Notes: generated by a model from the sequence alone, not told the origin. 63,872 bases of DNA, filler included, from Octopus bimaculoides (GCF_001194135.2; 4 parts of 4 records of this genome joined end to end with filler, not necessarily neighbours in it); one strand, 5' to 3'. Counted from the whole stretch's first letter, positions 28,087-42,000 are shown. Numbers and translations are program-made.

Positions 28087-28722
28087 AAACTTTACAAAAA
28101 ACTAGTTTCTTTTTCTCTCTCTCTCACTCTCTCTTTTTCTCTATCTCTCTCTCTCTATCTATCTCTCTCTCTCTCTCTCTCTCTCCCTCTCTCCCTTTAC
28201 TTCTCCTGCACAAGACCAGTTAAACATCTTGGGAGCCAATGTTTTCCTGCGAATTCGTTTCATAGTGTTATGTCCTGACCAGAAAACATGTATTTTTTCT
28301 GCCTTACTGCTTTTCTTATACCACCTGATAACTGTAACTTGACAAGAGTCATTCAAACCATCCATGATGTCTATAGGCGATTGAAACACAGATATCATCT
28401 ACAGACGATATGACGTTTATTGAAACCGAAACACTGTCCACATCTATTCTCTTCTTTCCAGACAGTCACACTATCTTTTTCATACTAACATGTCGATTTC
28501 ATAAAATTCCTAATTCTTCAAGTTATTTTCTCTTCTAATTTGGTGCTAGTACCATTTACCAAAAAGCAATTGATTTCCTCTGTCTGAAAGAAACACGTGA
28601 CTTCAATAAATCAAGATTTCATCTTGTATGCTAATTCATATACCCTCATTCTTCTGTCGTGGTTCACGTACATGGTCACTCTGAGTTATTTCCCTTGGTT
28701 CTTTTGTCACTTATTATATATA

Positions 28723-29150
28723 TTAGGCTGTCACACATAAAATGTCGTATTTGAAAGGTAACAATAAAATGTTTCAGAAATGTTAGAGAACTGATTTATT
28801 TAATCAAAGTATGATCCATGTTCATTTATGAACTTTACCCAACGTTTCTCTAAATCATATATTCCATCTTTACAAAAAATTTCATCTTTTGCTGTGATAA
28901 ACTGTCCGAATGCTTCAATTACCACTTCTCTATTTAAGAATGCTTTATTGCGTATGAAAAGCTCAAAATGCTTAAATAAGTAGGAGAGATATTAGGGGAA
29001 TAGGAAGGATGTTGCAAAATCTCATAATTCAAGCTTTGCAACTTTTGAACCGTAGTTTCAGAGGTGTGAGGACGTGCATTCTCGTGGAGCAAAATTGGGC
29101 CATCTTTATTCACTAGTATGGGTTGCTTCTTTTTCAAATTCTCATGCATA
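28723..29150 (-). mobile_element. mariner 3' fragment with terminal inverted repeat
   Basis: HENLKKKQPILVNKDGPILLHENARPHTSETTVQKLQSLNYEILQHPSYSPNISPT...RWVKFINEHGSYFD*. TA dinucleotide (28721-28722) followed by TIR TTAGGCTGTCACACATAAAATGTCGTATTT. Confidence 0.85.
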
Positions 29151-29159
29151 CAATCAGTT

Positions 29160-30456
29160 TCCAGGTATTGTTGCTGTTACCGTTTTTCCTTGTTGCAAAA
29201 ATAAATAATGAGTAACCCTCTTCGCAGACCAGCATACAGTGGCCACTAACTTTTTAGAGTGCAATGGTGGTTCTGGGTAGTGTTTAGTTTACTCTCCTGA
29301 AGAGTGCAGTTCGATTTTAACAGTTATTTTTTTTTGAAAACTATAATGGAAGTGACAAAGGAGCGTATTCGGCATATTTTGCTTTATGAGTTCAATAAAG
29401 GCAACAACGCAACGGAATGTGCGAGGATTAATAAATACTAATGTAGTTTACGGGGATCGGGCAATGAGCGTAAGCCAGTGTCAGCGGTGGTTCTAGAAAT
29501 TCTGTGCTAAAAACTATAGCCCAGAAGACGAGCCGCGACCTGGAAGAAATGTAGAGCTCGACGAGGGCTTCCTGCAAACCTTGGTGGAACAAAATCCCGT
29601 CGTAACTGTTAAGGAACTAGCAGAGAAGCTTGGATTTGGTCATGTAACCATCCATCGACACCTGCGTGCCATGGGAAAAGTCAGCAAATTGGGTCACTGG
29701 GTTTCTCACAAATTTTCCCACTCTAATCGCGTGCAGAGATTGAATGTGTGCTCTTCTTTGCTGCCACGTCTCGCGAATGAACCTTTTGTGGAACGAATAG
29801 TAACTGGTGACAAGAAATGGGTTCTCTGTAAAAATGTCAAGCACCGAAGACAGTGGGTAGGGAAAGGAGAAATACCGGCACTCCAGGCTAAAGATGGTCT
29901 TCACCCACGTAAGGTCTTGTTCTCTGTTTGGTGGGATATGAAAGGTTTAGTTCACTTTGAACATTCAAACCCAAACCAAACGATTACAAAGGAGATCTAC
30001 TGCAAGCAGCTTGAGCGGCTTAAGTCAGCGATAGAAGAAAAACGACCATCTTTGGTTTCAAGACGGAAGGTGTTCTTTCATCTAGATAATACTTGGCCAC
30101 ATGCAGCAAGGATGACATTCCAAAGGCTGGAGCAGTTTCAATGGGAAACGATGCCCCACCCACCACATTCATCGGACATTGACCCATCTGATTATCATTG
30201 ATTCCGCAGTCTTCAAAGACATTTGGACGGAAAAAACATGATCTTTGTAGACGAAGTCAGAACAATACTGGAGGAGTATTTCTCGTCATGGACAAGTGAA
30301 TTTTGGAAGATGGGCCTTGCAAGTCTACCAGATAGATGGAAGAGCATTGTAGAAAATGAAGGACAGTATATTTTAGATTAAAAAAGAACTTTGTTTATTT
30401 TAATTTTGGAAAATAAAAGAAGTATAAAAAACCGCATTATTTATGGAATGACCCAA
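29160..30456 (+). mobile_element. mariner element; transposase pseudogene at 29346-30381 with right TIR
   Basis: MEVTKERIRHILLYEFNKG...GKVSKLGHWVSHK...IVTGDKKW...KVLFSVWWDMKG...LDNTWPH...PHPPHSSDIDPSDYH*F...GQYILD*. One frameshift near 29430 and two in-frame stops. Right TIR AAAACCGCATTATTTTATGGAATGACCCAA followed by TA; left TIR missing. Confidence 0.95.
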
Positions 30457-30687
30457 TATATATATATGTACATGCATGCATATATATGTGCGTGTTTGTG
30501 TGTGTGTGNNNNNNNNNNNNNNNNNNNNNNNNNNNNNNNNNNNNNNNNNNNNNNNNNNNNNNNNNNNNTATATATATATATATATCAATATGTATATACA
30601 TATATATGTACCTATGCATATACATATATATCCACATATGAATACATGTATATATATATGTACATGCATGCATATATATGTGCGTGT

Positions 30688-30751
<64 letters not shown>

Positions 30752-31279
30752 TGCTCTCTATCTGTTTGGCTTCATGTTATAATTCCTCAGACAGACAGTT
30801 ATCAAAGTCACGATACAGTCGTTTAATGTTCGCCTTATTGAATTACACACCTCTAAAAACAAGACGAAGACAGACAGACAGACAGACAGACATTGAGCTG
30901 CGGATTACTTAAGAAAGATATTTGATGACCAATTCATTTCTTTTGTGGGAACAAAACATAGAAATAATCCTAACCCTCATCAGACATTGATATCGCTTTC
31001 ATTTCGAAACTTTGTTGCTGTTTTTGTTTGGTATTGACTTTATTTTGCGCGCGAGTGTGTATTTTCATCATTCCATTCGCTGCAATCTCAAAGTCGATTT
31101 AATTTCTTCACCTTACTTACGCCCCAAACCCCGACGATCCAAAGGGAAGTGTTGACCCTAGTAACAAACAACTAATCATATTAGTGAATAGAGGCTGAAG
31201 AACTGACATACATACATATATANNNNNNNNNNNNNNNNNNNNNTATGTATGTATGTATATATGTATGTTTCTGTCTATC

Positions 31280-31323
<44 letters not shown>

Positions 31324-31436
31324 TGTACATCGGTTTTTATTAGTTTCAGCGAATTTTCCATTATGTTTCATCTCAAAAAAAATTGAAATCGCATTTAAAA
31401 TTGAAGCCGCATTTATCATTTATATTTTTTTGTATT

Positions 31437-31483
31437 TCTTCTTCTTCTTCTTCTTCTTATTATTATTATTATTATTATTATTG

Positions 31484-31529
<46 letters not shown>

Positions 31530-31538
31530 CATCATCAG

Positions 31539-31580
<42 letters not shown>

Positions 31581-31620
31581 TATCATCATTATTATTATTA
31601 TTATTATCATTATTATTATT
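31437..31620. repeat. Compound (CTT)n/(ATT)n/(ATC)n microsatellite
   Basis: Directly visible. Confidence 0.95.
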
Positions 31621-33407
31621 TTGTTTCATGTTTTTCTCTATATGATTTTTACATATATATATACATATTTATTTTTCTATCATTTTATCATTTCGTTTTC
31701 TTCTTCTCATTTTCGTCTTCCCTCTCTTATCTTGTCCAAATATCCTAGAATTGTTTTTTTACTTCATATATTTTTTTTAATATTTTAGGTGATTTTATTT
31801 GAATCTAATAAGATTAATTCTTTAGCCAATTATTTCTTCTATATCAGACCATTCTATAGGCAACTAAAAGCTTTTATTGTTACCTTTATTTTTTTTTTAA
31901 TAATTCCTTCTTCCCCCCCCCCTACTTATTTAAAGCCCGATGGAACAATGCCGCCTTTGGCTAAGGGCGAAGGACGATCCCTCAAAAATATGTCGCTTTT
32001 CAATGATAATATTCCATTTAATTATGGAAGATGAAAAACAGAAAATAATGATGTAGCTTTCTCAACATTAAAAGAATAATAAAAAAAAAACAGCTTCTGC
32101 GTAGAAAAATTCCTATATTATTTTTTTATATAATTACTAAAGAATTTGTCGTTGCTATTCACCAAAGCTATATCAAAGAATACACGCAAGTCTCCGTCCA
32201 GCTCTTCTCACCTTCTCTTTTATAATATTTTATATATGTATATATATATTTAGAAATCCGCTTTTTTGAGAAAGGGGGCCTTGAAAAACAACGACTTCAT
32301 TAACTACATCCCGGATGAGATCACTGCGCATGACTGAACTGTTATTTGGCTTCCTCTAGCAAGGAGTAGTGTGGATATGACTGATGCTGTACTTCATTTT
32401 GTTTTTTGATTTCTTTCTTTCATTTTTTCCCCCCAAAAGATAAGACGAAAAATATTTATTATCAAAAACCTATAACACATTGTAAAGAATATAATTATTT
32501 GTGAAATGATGGAAAGGTCAGGCGAACTGGTGATTTTGCTGCTAGGTAGGAATTTAGACTGTTCCAACAGACGACGTGTAATGAGAAAGATTTTTTTACA
32601 AGACGTTGGTGAGCGTATGCACAGTCAGTAACGAATAATGCAAAATGTGTAAATACAAAGAGTGTATATACGCATATACATACATATATGTATGTATATA
32701 TATATATATATGTATATANNNNNNNNNNNNNNNNNNNNNNNNNNNNNNNNNNNNNNNNNNNNNNNNNNNNNNNNNNNNNNNNNNNNNNNNNNNNNNNNNN
32801 NNNNNNNNNNNNNNNNNNNNNNNNNNNNNNNNNNNNNNNNNNNNNNNNNNNNNNNNNNNNNNNNNNNNNNNNNNNNNNNNNNNNNNNNNNNNNNNNNNNN
32901 NNNNNNNNNNNNNNNNNNNNNNNNNNNNNNNNNNNNNNNNNNNNNNNNNNNNNNNNNNNNNNNNNNNNNNNNNNNNNNNNNNNNNNNNNNNNNNNNNNNN
33001 NNNNNNNNNNNNNNNNNNNNNNNNNNNNNNNNNNNNNNNNNNNNNNNNNNNNNNNNNNNNNNNNNNNNNNNNNNNNNNNNNNNNNNNNNNNNNNNNNNNN
33101 NNNNNNNNNNNNNNNNNNNNNNNNNNNNNNNNNNNNNNNNNNNNNNNNNNNNNNNNNNNNNNNNNNNNNNNNNNNNNNNNNNNNNNNNNNNNNNNNNNNN
33201 NNNNNNNNNNNNNNNNNNNNNNNNNNNNNNNNNNNNNNNNNNNNNNNNNNNNNNNNNNNNNNNNNNNNNNNNNNNNNNNNNNNNNNNNNNNNNNNNNNNN
33301 NNNNNNNNNNNNNNNNNNNNNNNNNNNNNNNNNNNNNNNNNNNNNNNNNNNNNNNNNNNNNNNNNNNNNNNNNNNNNNNNNNNNNNNNNNNNNNNNNNNN
33401 NNNNNNN

Positions 33408-33445
<38 letters not shown>

Positions 33446-34967
33446 ATAATTATAAGAAAAAATAGGATTAAAAATTCCTGGAAGATATCAGTAAAGCACA
33501 CAGTATTAAAAGAGGCAATGTTTATTAGCAATATATACGTGTCTTTACTAAACTTCTACAAGGATATGGTTGAGAGTGACCCCGAAGTTTCGGGTTACTC
33601 GTTATCGTCAGAGAGTATGACGAAGACGAACAAACCGAGACTCCGAAGTCACTGTTAACTTTTTTCCTGGTAAAAGTTTCACAAACATGCATTCCACTAC
33701 GAATATTCCTAGGATTTAATGTCAATGTATGGTATGTATATGCTTGTGTGTGTGAGTGTGTGTGTGCGCGAATGCAGAGAATTTGGTTTTAAGAATTTTG
33801 CTTCGTACTGCCATGGAGTGAGTTCGAACTTAATACATAGTGCTTTCGGAGTGTCTTGGACTGTAACCTCTGTTGACCAATAACTTCTAAACACTGATAG
33901 AGTTTCACGTTTCCGTTTCTCACAAACGGGAACATGAAACTCTGAGTAACATTTTATGTTGCTCCGGTCCACTCAGCTGGCGAAAATGAGTGGTAGCTGT
34001 ATTTCAAAGGAGCCAGCATTGTCACACTCTGTGCCACGCTGAATCTCCCTCGGAGTTACGTTACGTGTACACGTGTCTGTGAAGTGCTCAATCGCTTGCA
34101 CGTTAATTCCACGAGTAGGCTGTTCCGTTGATCGTATCAGCTGGGACCCTTGTCGTCGTAACCGACGGAGTGCTCCTAATTTTTAATACATTTGAGTAGC
34201 GCTATTATGTCTGTATGACTAAGCATGGATGCACATCAGTTTACTTTCATATACACCTGTACATAAATACATCTCCCTTTTTGTGTATGCGCGTATGTTA
34301 GGGCAGCGGACTCGCAGTCGTAGGGTCGNNNNNNNNNNNNNNNNNNNNNNNNNNNNNNNNNNNNNNNNNNNNNNNNNNNNNNNNNNNNNNNNNNNNNNNN
34401 NNNNNNNNNNNNNNNNNNNNNNNNNNNNNNNNNNNNNNNNNNNNNNNNNNNNNNNNNNNNNNNNNNNNNNNNNNNNNNNNNNNNNNNNNNNNNNNNNNNN
34501 NNNNNNNNNNNNNNNNNNNNNNNNNNNNNNNNNNNNNNNNNNNNNNNNNNNNNNNNNNNNNNNNNNNNNNNNNNNNNNNNNNNNNNNNNNNNNNNNNNNN
34601 NNNNNNNNNNNNNNNNNNNNNNNNNNNNNNNNNNNNNNNNNNNNNNNNNNNNNNNNNNNNNNNNNNNNNNNNNNNNNNNNNNNNNNNNNNNNNNNNNNNN
34701 NNNNNNNNNNNNNNNNNNNNNNNNNNNNNNNNNNNNNNNNNNNNNNNNNNNNNNNNNNNNNNNNNNNNNNNNNNNNNNNNNNNNNNNNNNNNNNNNNNNN
34801 NNNNNNNNNNNNNNNNNNNNNNNNNNNNNNNNNNNNNNNNNNNNNNNNNNNNNNNNNNNNNNNNNNNNNNNNNNNNNNNNNNNNNNNNNNNNNNNNNNNN
34901 NNNNNNNNNNNNNNNNNNNNNNNNNNNNNNNNNNNNNNNNNNNNNNNNNNNNNNNNNNNNNNNNNNN

Positions 34968-35003
<36 letters not shown>

Positions 35004-35776
35004 TGTATGTAACTACAATCGGCCGTAGATATCCATAAGGAATTCTTGTCCGCAATTACGTACGAATATCCGCTTGGGTATCTATTTATATGGATACAAG
35101 TATTCACATTTTGTATATATTTTCTATATTATTACATTCTTGGTCTAACATCTTAAGAGAACCATCGGTCCTCTAATAATACCCATCACAATAAAGAACT
35201 AGAATGCTATTGTCTGAATTACTGGTACGTTTCCTAGGTTCAATAATTGCATACATTTAATTGTAAATTCCAGGTTACAAAGCGTTTAGCCTTTGTCAGT
35301 GTCTTCCTTTGAATTTCTTCATTGTAGGAATGCCAAATTCAATATTTACTCTGTTAATATCCATCGTGTTCCTAACGAGTTCCCAAATGTTTCCGAGTAT
35401 TTCTACCCGAAAAAATAAAAGAGAAAAATATGCTGCACCCCCTCCTCCATTCCCTTCAGCTTTTCCCGACATTATTTCCCCTCACGCCATATTATTTTAT
35501 ATTTTTATGTTTTAATGTATACGAGTTCCTACTCAGTTTCTTTTCTCTTATTCTGTTATTTGTTTCAGTCGTTTGACTGCGGCCATGCTGGAGCACCGCC
35601 TTTTAGTCCAGCAAATCGACCTCGGGACTTATTCTTTGTAAGCCTAGTATTTATTCTATCGGTCTCTTTTTGCCGAACCACTAGGTTGCGGGGAGGTAAA
35701 CAAACCAGCATCGGCTGTCTAGTGATGGTGGAGGGACAAACACAGGCACATAAATACACATACACACACACACACA

Positions 35777-35876
35777 NNNNNNNNNNNNNNNNNNNNNNNN
35801 NNNNNNNNNNNNNNNNNNNNTTAATTAATTAANNNNNNNNNNNNNNNNNNNNNNNNNNNNNNNNNNNNNNNNNNNN
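35777..35876. other. Artificial scaffold-join spacer
   Basis: TTAATTAATTAA at 35821-35832 within 44+44 N; identical geometry to the other two. Confidence 0.95.
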
Positions 35877-35919
35877 ATATATATATATACACACACACAT
35901 ATATATATACATATACATT

Positions 35920-36231
35920 GTTGAGACCCCCTTCAGTCATGACTAACCATGGGATTGCACCTAGAAGGTTACCCTCATAGGCACAAGTCCGGGCAAGGTT
36001 GTTTATGGAAGACCAGCAGTTGCCCATGCATACCAGTCTCTCCTTTCCACGCCACCAGTGTTATCCAAAGGGAAGTCTGATACAGCTTGGCACCTGTGAC
36101 ATCGCAACTCATTTCTACAGCTGAGTGAACTGGAGCAATGTGAAATAAAGTGTCTTGCTCAAGAACACAACATGCAGCCCAGTCCGGGATTCGAACTCAC
36201 AACCTTGTGATCGTAAGCTCTAACCACTGAG
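35920..36231 (-). mobile_element. tRNA-derived SINE (second family); related copies at about 6420-6600 (-), 49920-50200 (+) and 60300-60440 (-)
   Basis: Shared core cagctgagtgaactggagcaa.gtgaaataaagtgt.ttgctcaag.acacaac and a tRNA-like head on the minus strand (ctcagtggttagagc...gttcgaatccc). Confidence 0.75.
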
Positions 36232-37015
36232 NNNNNNNNNNNNNNNNNNNNNNNNNNNNNNNNNNNNNNNNNNNNNNNNNNNNNNNNNNNNNNNNNNNNN
36301 NNNNNNNNNNNNNNNNNNNNNNNNNNNNNNNNNNNNNNNNNNNNNNNNNNNNNNNNNNNNNNNNNNNNNNNNNNNNNNNNNNNNNNNNNNNNNNNNNNNN
36401 NNNNNNNNNNNNNNNNNNNNNNNNNNNNNNNNNNNNNNNNNNNNNNNNNNNNNNNNNNNNNNNNNNNNNNNNNNNNNNNNNNNNNNNNNNNNNNNNNNNN
36501 NNNNNNNNNNNNNNNNNNNNNNNNNNNNNNNNNNNNNNNNNNNNNNNNNNNNNNNNNNNNNNNNNNNNNNNNNNNNNNNNNNNNNNNNNNNNNNNNNNNN
36601 NNNNNNNNNNNNNNNNNNNNNNNNNNNNNNNNNNNNNNNNNNNNNNNNNNNNNNNNNNNNNNNNNNNNNNNNNNNNNNNNNNNCATGTGTGTGTGTGCGG
36701 CTGTTCGTATATCTTTAAAATTTTGTATTTGCGTATGTTTGAAATGTATTTAAGGAAATGTGTGTATATAATGAAGTACCTTAACTAGCTAGAAATAACC
36801 ACCAAATCTCCTTGAAATCACATCAGACTATCTTGTGGAAAAAAAAAAGAAGCACACCAGATAACTATTATACAAATTCCTGAAAAAAAAACAAGATTAC
36901 AGCTTGAATGCTTTTTGATATTATTAGTCTTTTCAATCAATACTGACTTAAGGTTAAACAACAACATTAACAACAACAACAAGACAATCATCAAAGTTTT
37001 TGAAGGAGGACATAC

Positions 37016-37102
37016 TCTGTCTTTCTTATGTAATGTTGGGCGTCTCACAATACCTAAATTCCTGTGATGTCTTTGGTGATCTGTGCAGTTATAAACACTC
37101 TT
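37016..37102 (-). CDS. NAGLU: NAGLU internal coding exon, fifth of five
   Basis: cacttccAG|AAG AGT GTT TAT AAC TGC ... GAC AGA|GTatgt. 87 nt = KSVYNCTDHQRHHRNLGIVRRPTLHKKDR (human RSVYNCSG...PLVRRPSL). Confidence 0.93.
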
Positions 37103-37299
37103 CTGGAAGTGAATTCAAAAATAGCATTTTATAAAACAAAAAAGAAATATTAGTTTCATTGATGAGAAAGAAAACATGTGATATGAGGTTTTTATAAGTT
37201 ATGTGATGAATCAAAAGCAATGAACAGCCTTAACTAAATTGTTTTTGTAGCAATACGACTGACATATACATTTTGACGTGAAGCTCATCACAATTATCT

Positions 37300-37525
37300 T
37301 GTAAAATATTCAATAAGTGGTCAAATACTATGAAGCCAGAGGGGCTTCTGCACGGTGTTAGACAGAATACAGGAGAAAAGACCTAAAGGGAGAAGGAGAG
37401 TAATGATCATGGGTGATATTAGGCAGAGGAAATTATATTACTCAATGAAGAGGACAGCACGGGTTACAGAGGACTGGAGAAGGTTCGCATGCACAGGACC
37501 TGCACAAGGACAGACCACTTAATAA
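37300..37525 (+). mobile_element. LINE 3' end fragment (RTE/L2-like)
   Basis: G(Q)IL*SQRGFC...EKRPKGRRRVMIMGDIRQRKLYYSMKRTARVTEDWRR, a typical RT C-terminal GRPR-like tail, followed by (AAC)n. Confidence 0.55.
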
Positions 37526-38426
37526 TAGTAACAACAACAACAACAACAGCAGCTACAACAACGACCACAACAATAATAATAAATGCCCCAATGCAATACT
37601 AGGCAGTGGCTCTCATGGCTTTTGATCTTAACTGATTGGAAGCGTTATCATGTACATGTTTTGTCTTGAGGTAAAATATGGGCTACAGCAAAAATTCTGC
37701 TCAATACTGCAGATTTGCTTGTCAGTTGCTTGGGCATGTCCATTAGTGTCTGAAGACATGAACATCTCTGATCACAAGCAAGAGTAGTGGGGAGCATCAT
37801 AGCCATGTACTGAAAGGGATTCTTTGGGGTTTGAATAATTCACCCATGGTAAAATACATGTTTTCTTCATCATTCTTAAATAACCCTTATTCAAGGACTT
37901 TTTGACTGGGATGGGCTATTCAACCCGAAGAAAATTCTAACTGGGCTCCACTTGCAAGGCCATGTGTTGTCTATCTTGAAATGAGATCACCATGTCAAGC
38001 ACATGGTCATGATGTATGTGCCTGGTGTACCATTATCATGTACATATATATATATATATATATATANNNNNNNNNNNNNNNNNNNNNNNNNNNNNNNNNN
38101 NNNNNNNNNNNNNNNNNNNNNNNNNTTTTCAAAGTTAACAGCTTACTACATAGTTTTTGGTGTATTAATTATGAAACCAGTGGTTTGCCGTTAAGTTAAA
38201 TGTTTTTAGGAGGTTAACTTTGAAAATTGCATTCCCTCGCTTTCGGTAAATATGTGCTTATTTTTGGTAGTTTTGACTTATTTAGTCCCTCTAAGCGTGA
38301 GGCATTATTATATAGTAATGCCCTTATATAAATTATATTTACGGAAAAAAACAATGGTTTTTTTTTCCTTATGGGTTTTTTCACGCTGACTACTTGATAA
38401 ATTCTTATAAAGATTTTATCCTATAT

Positions 38427-38473
<47 letters not shown>

Positions 38474-39299
38474 GGTTCAAGCATGGCTTTATAGGCATAG
38501 GTATGGGTGTGTAGTAAGAAGTTTGCTTCCCAACCACATAGTTCTTGGTTTTGTCCCACTATATGGCACTTTGGACAAGTGTCTTCTATTATAAATAAGT
38601 CCTAGCCTTATTTAGTAATTTCCATAATGATTTAATAATATAAGGGAGATAAGTCAGTGCAAAAAGAGCACATACTGGATGGGATAGTATATGAAAATAT
38701 TGATAATAAACCACTACAAAATTAGAAATAATCTTATTTTGTCCTTTATTTTTCTTTCTTTTATTTCCCTATAACACAAGGAAGGAGCATCTGTGAAACA
38801 TTATTTAGTGAAAGGAGGCACTGAACTACATAAAGCCAAGAACCACAGGTCTGCCACAGGTCATTGTTACTGTGTTAAAACCAAAACAATTATGTTGTGG
38901 TAGAGTCATAACAGGTATTTAAAACAACCACTTCCTGTTAAAGTTATAGTAGTAATTTTAATTTGATTAATTTAGTTCACAAGTCAACCCTGAATGAACA
39001 TACCTATAATCAAAGACATTCCAGTATGACCATCTCATCTTTTTTAATATCTAGAACTTCATTATTCAATGTGTTCTTCCTTACTTAAGACAGTAGGAGA
39101 GCATTTCCCAACTACTTTGCTCTTGAAATACATTCCATGTCTCAGGAAGTCCTTACATAAAAATTATTATATATCTTTATCTTTTTCTTTCTCTTGCATT
39201 AAATTTCATGAGAGATAAAACAAATCATAAAGCAATCTTTCAACGATTTGGCAGTTCTAAATCCATTAGATGTCACAAAGAAGGTTTAAGAAGTTTCGT

Positions 39300-40100
39300 C
39301 TTAACCAAGACCTTGTTTACACCAAACTCATTCAAATTCCCTGTTAAAAGGGTCTCCTTCCTACTTATAGATACCAGAATTTTTCTACCTCAGGGAATAC
39401 ATTGTGGGTGCTTTTACATATAATTAACTGATTACAATTTCTCACAGAACCCTTTATGACTGCTTGCAGAACTTCTGTTGGGAAATGCTGCAGCAGAGTA
39501 TGATCTGAAGGAATCTGGCAGTCATTTCTTTCAGGTGAAACATAGACCATGAAGAGACTCGTTGACTTGTATAATATAGCATTAGGGATCCAAAAAATAC
39601 TGTTGTACATCTATGATTTGGTCATTGATGCTGTAGGTGTGACGTAAATTGAAACAGATTCTGTCATTGTATTATTTATGGTTCGCCAGAAGCCAGGGAT
39701 CCAACTACAGTGACCTCCCTTGGCAAACATTCTAGAAAACTTCCAAGAATTGTGGACTCATATCCCTTTTAGTAATACCACAGAGTCATAGAAATTTCCG
39801 GAAGATTTTTCATTCACCAGGGAAAGCCAGCGGTCTTTCTGGCTATATATTGGACAAGCGCAATTTGTTCTTCCTCTCTTCCCCACTGAACTTCAACCTA
39901 GACACATTGTCATTGTGGAGAGCAGCTAAGTTTATCTACATGTGGCCTAAGCTAAAGAAATGGCTTCTTGGAGCAACCGTGCATGGCAAGCCTTTTGTGC
40001 TACACAACATGTGTATAAATCCCTCTTATGCTACTAGCGAACCAATTGTGGTACAAAATTCTTTCATACATTTTCTGTTATATTCCTTTCCATGCAGAAC
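39300..40100 (-). pseudogene. Possible heavily decayed hAT transposase relic
   Basis: Across frameshifts: IH..CVA(Q)RLA (CxxH-like), SPQ...VEVQ...EEEQIALVQY, RWLSL...FYDSVV. Many stops; the assignment is by recalled motif only. Confidence 0.35.
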
Positions 40101-41927
40101 GTGACAAGGCTAAACTGTATGTAACTTTTCACATTCATGTACAGCTTCACATGAAGCATATTCTTAGTGAACTTATATCTGTTCTTAATTACATTAAATT
40201 ATTTGTGAAGTTTAAGAATAACTCTTACATTATTCCAAACCTTGTAATTATGTTGACATTTAGTAACAGTGGCAACTACACACTATGATTAGTGATAAAA
40301 GAAACCTACTACTAGAGTGATGACCACACTAAAATGTTATTTCAGTGAATATACATTTTTAACTAATGGACTATACCACACTTTTGCATCATACCTGTAA
40401 CTTTAACAAAAAATATATTATAAAATATCATGAATCAAAAACATTAAAAGACATGAAGAAATTTGGTTTCATTTCAACACAACTGTCATCTTTAATAGAT
40501 TATTAGAATTATTGAGAAAGAAACCTGTTGCTTAATAAAAAGGACATTATTAAGTCTACATTAAGACAAAAGACATAATGACAAAATTTAGTATTGATGC
40601 TGAAAAATCTAAGAAATAAAAACACTGGAATTTTTATGATTAATACTGACAAATCTAAAGACTGTCCCTAGATTGCATTTATGCATCATTTCTGTCAATA
40701 ACAACTTTTAATTCTCTTCAAGACTCATAATTCAGATGTCACCAGACTGGGATAAATTTCATCTCCCTGCCTTCAGGTGTAAATTAGTCAATTAGCAATT
40801 TCAATTCTTTTTTTTTTCCAGTTTTAAAAAAGATCTAAAGTTGAAAAGAAAATTTGAAATAGACATTTTGTGGAAAAAAATAATTTTTTTTCTTTTCAAC
40901 TCTTTAGAATTAAAGATCCATATTGTATACTCATTAATTACTGTGTTACTAATGAAGTAGTCTAACTGTAAAACTTGTGTTTGATTCTGTTATCAGTTCA
41001 TCACTAACTAGAGAAATACCATTGTTAGACATGACTTCCCAAACATGTGGTTTCCGGTTCAGTCCCACTGAAGAGCACTGGATACCCTATCCACTCAGCC
41101 CTCTAATCTCCAGATCTTATCAAATATTTTTGATAATTAATAGGAACATACAGTGTATTTTTATGACCAAATATTTTTGGTCATCAAAAGACACAATCAG
41201 TATGTTTCAATTAATTTTGAAATTAATTGAGACTCTAGAGAAATTAATAAAATAATTCACCTTTACTTTTACTTCTATATACCAATTTGTTTCGTGAATG
41301 CAAATTACCAAAGAATTCTTAATTTGGATATAAACACTATAATATGAAAGATTTGTATATTAAAAATCCAGGAGTGGTCTCCAGCAAGTTGATATTAAAA
41401 TGGTTATCTAATTCTCTTCTTTTCATGTGCCATGCCTATAACCATCAGTGAGCAAGGACCTCCATACCAAAGTCTGGAGATTTTTAAGGGAAAGATAGAG
41501 CAGTGGTTTCCTCTTATCCACTGCTGGTTTATTTGTAGTTTACTCTGCTAGTCTCTTGCTCTCCCAAGCTGACCCTTGAGACAGCTTTTTTAAGCCTTAG
41601 GCAGAAGAAATGATGGGCCTGTGTAACACATGTCTAGGGGCCACCACTCTTCCAAATCCTTTATGTCTTAGCCACGGGATGATTGCTTATTTTGACCCAT
41701 AACTAGAGCCCTAGACAGGTACTAGTGACTAAGGAGTAACTCCATACTCCACTAAAACTGCTTAACTCCTGAGTGAGAACCTCATCACCAGATACAGTTC
41801 AATGTCTTTCCCAGTAAGTCATTAAATAATTAACTGATTTCCAGATAAGTCTGAGATTTTATCTATTTTGTTTTATTTTGTTTTGCAATCAAACAACTTT
41901 TGTAGAAAAGATAGAAAATCAACTTAC

Positions 41928-42000
41928 TCGCAACAATTGCCAGCCAGAGTCAATCAACTGATTTGTGGTACCATAACGTCTTGACACATAACCTGAAATC
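41928..42000 (-). CDS. NAGLU: NAGLU internal coding exon, fourth of five
   Basis: ttctattgcAG|G ATT TCA ... TTG CGA|GTaagt. 73 nt; the first G completes TG|G (Trp) from the previous exon. Encodes ISGYVSRRYGTTNQLIDSGWQLLR (human VTSFAARRYG...AAWRLLL). Confidence 0.95.

Noticed and set aside
32300-32340. ACTACATCCC...GCGCATG resembling ZNF143/NRF1 promoter motifs
   Set aside because: Spacing does not match the consensus and there is no associated gene or CpG-rich promoter.
33570-33625. Minus-strand CTGACGA...CCCGAAAC..GTC hammerhead candidate
   Set aside because: Stem I arms are not complementary and stem II is broken; better explained as a simple inverted repeat (GAGTGACCCCGA/TCGGGTTACTC).
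1-37015. Remaining 3' NAGLU exons (WYN..., YDL.D.TRQ, FLLG.W, NQITLWGP); 5' exons also sought beyond 55855
   Set aside because: Searched by eye on the minus strand and not found; probably in N gaps or on other scaffolds.
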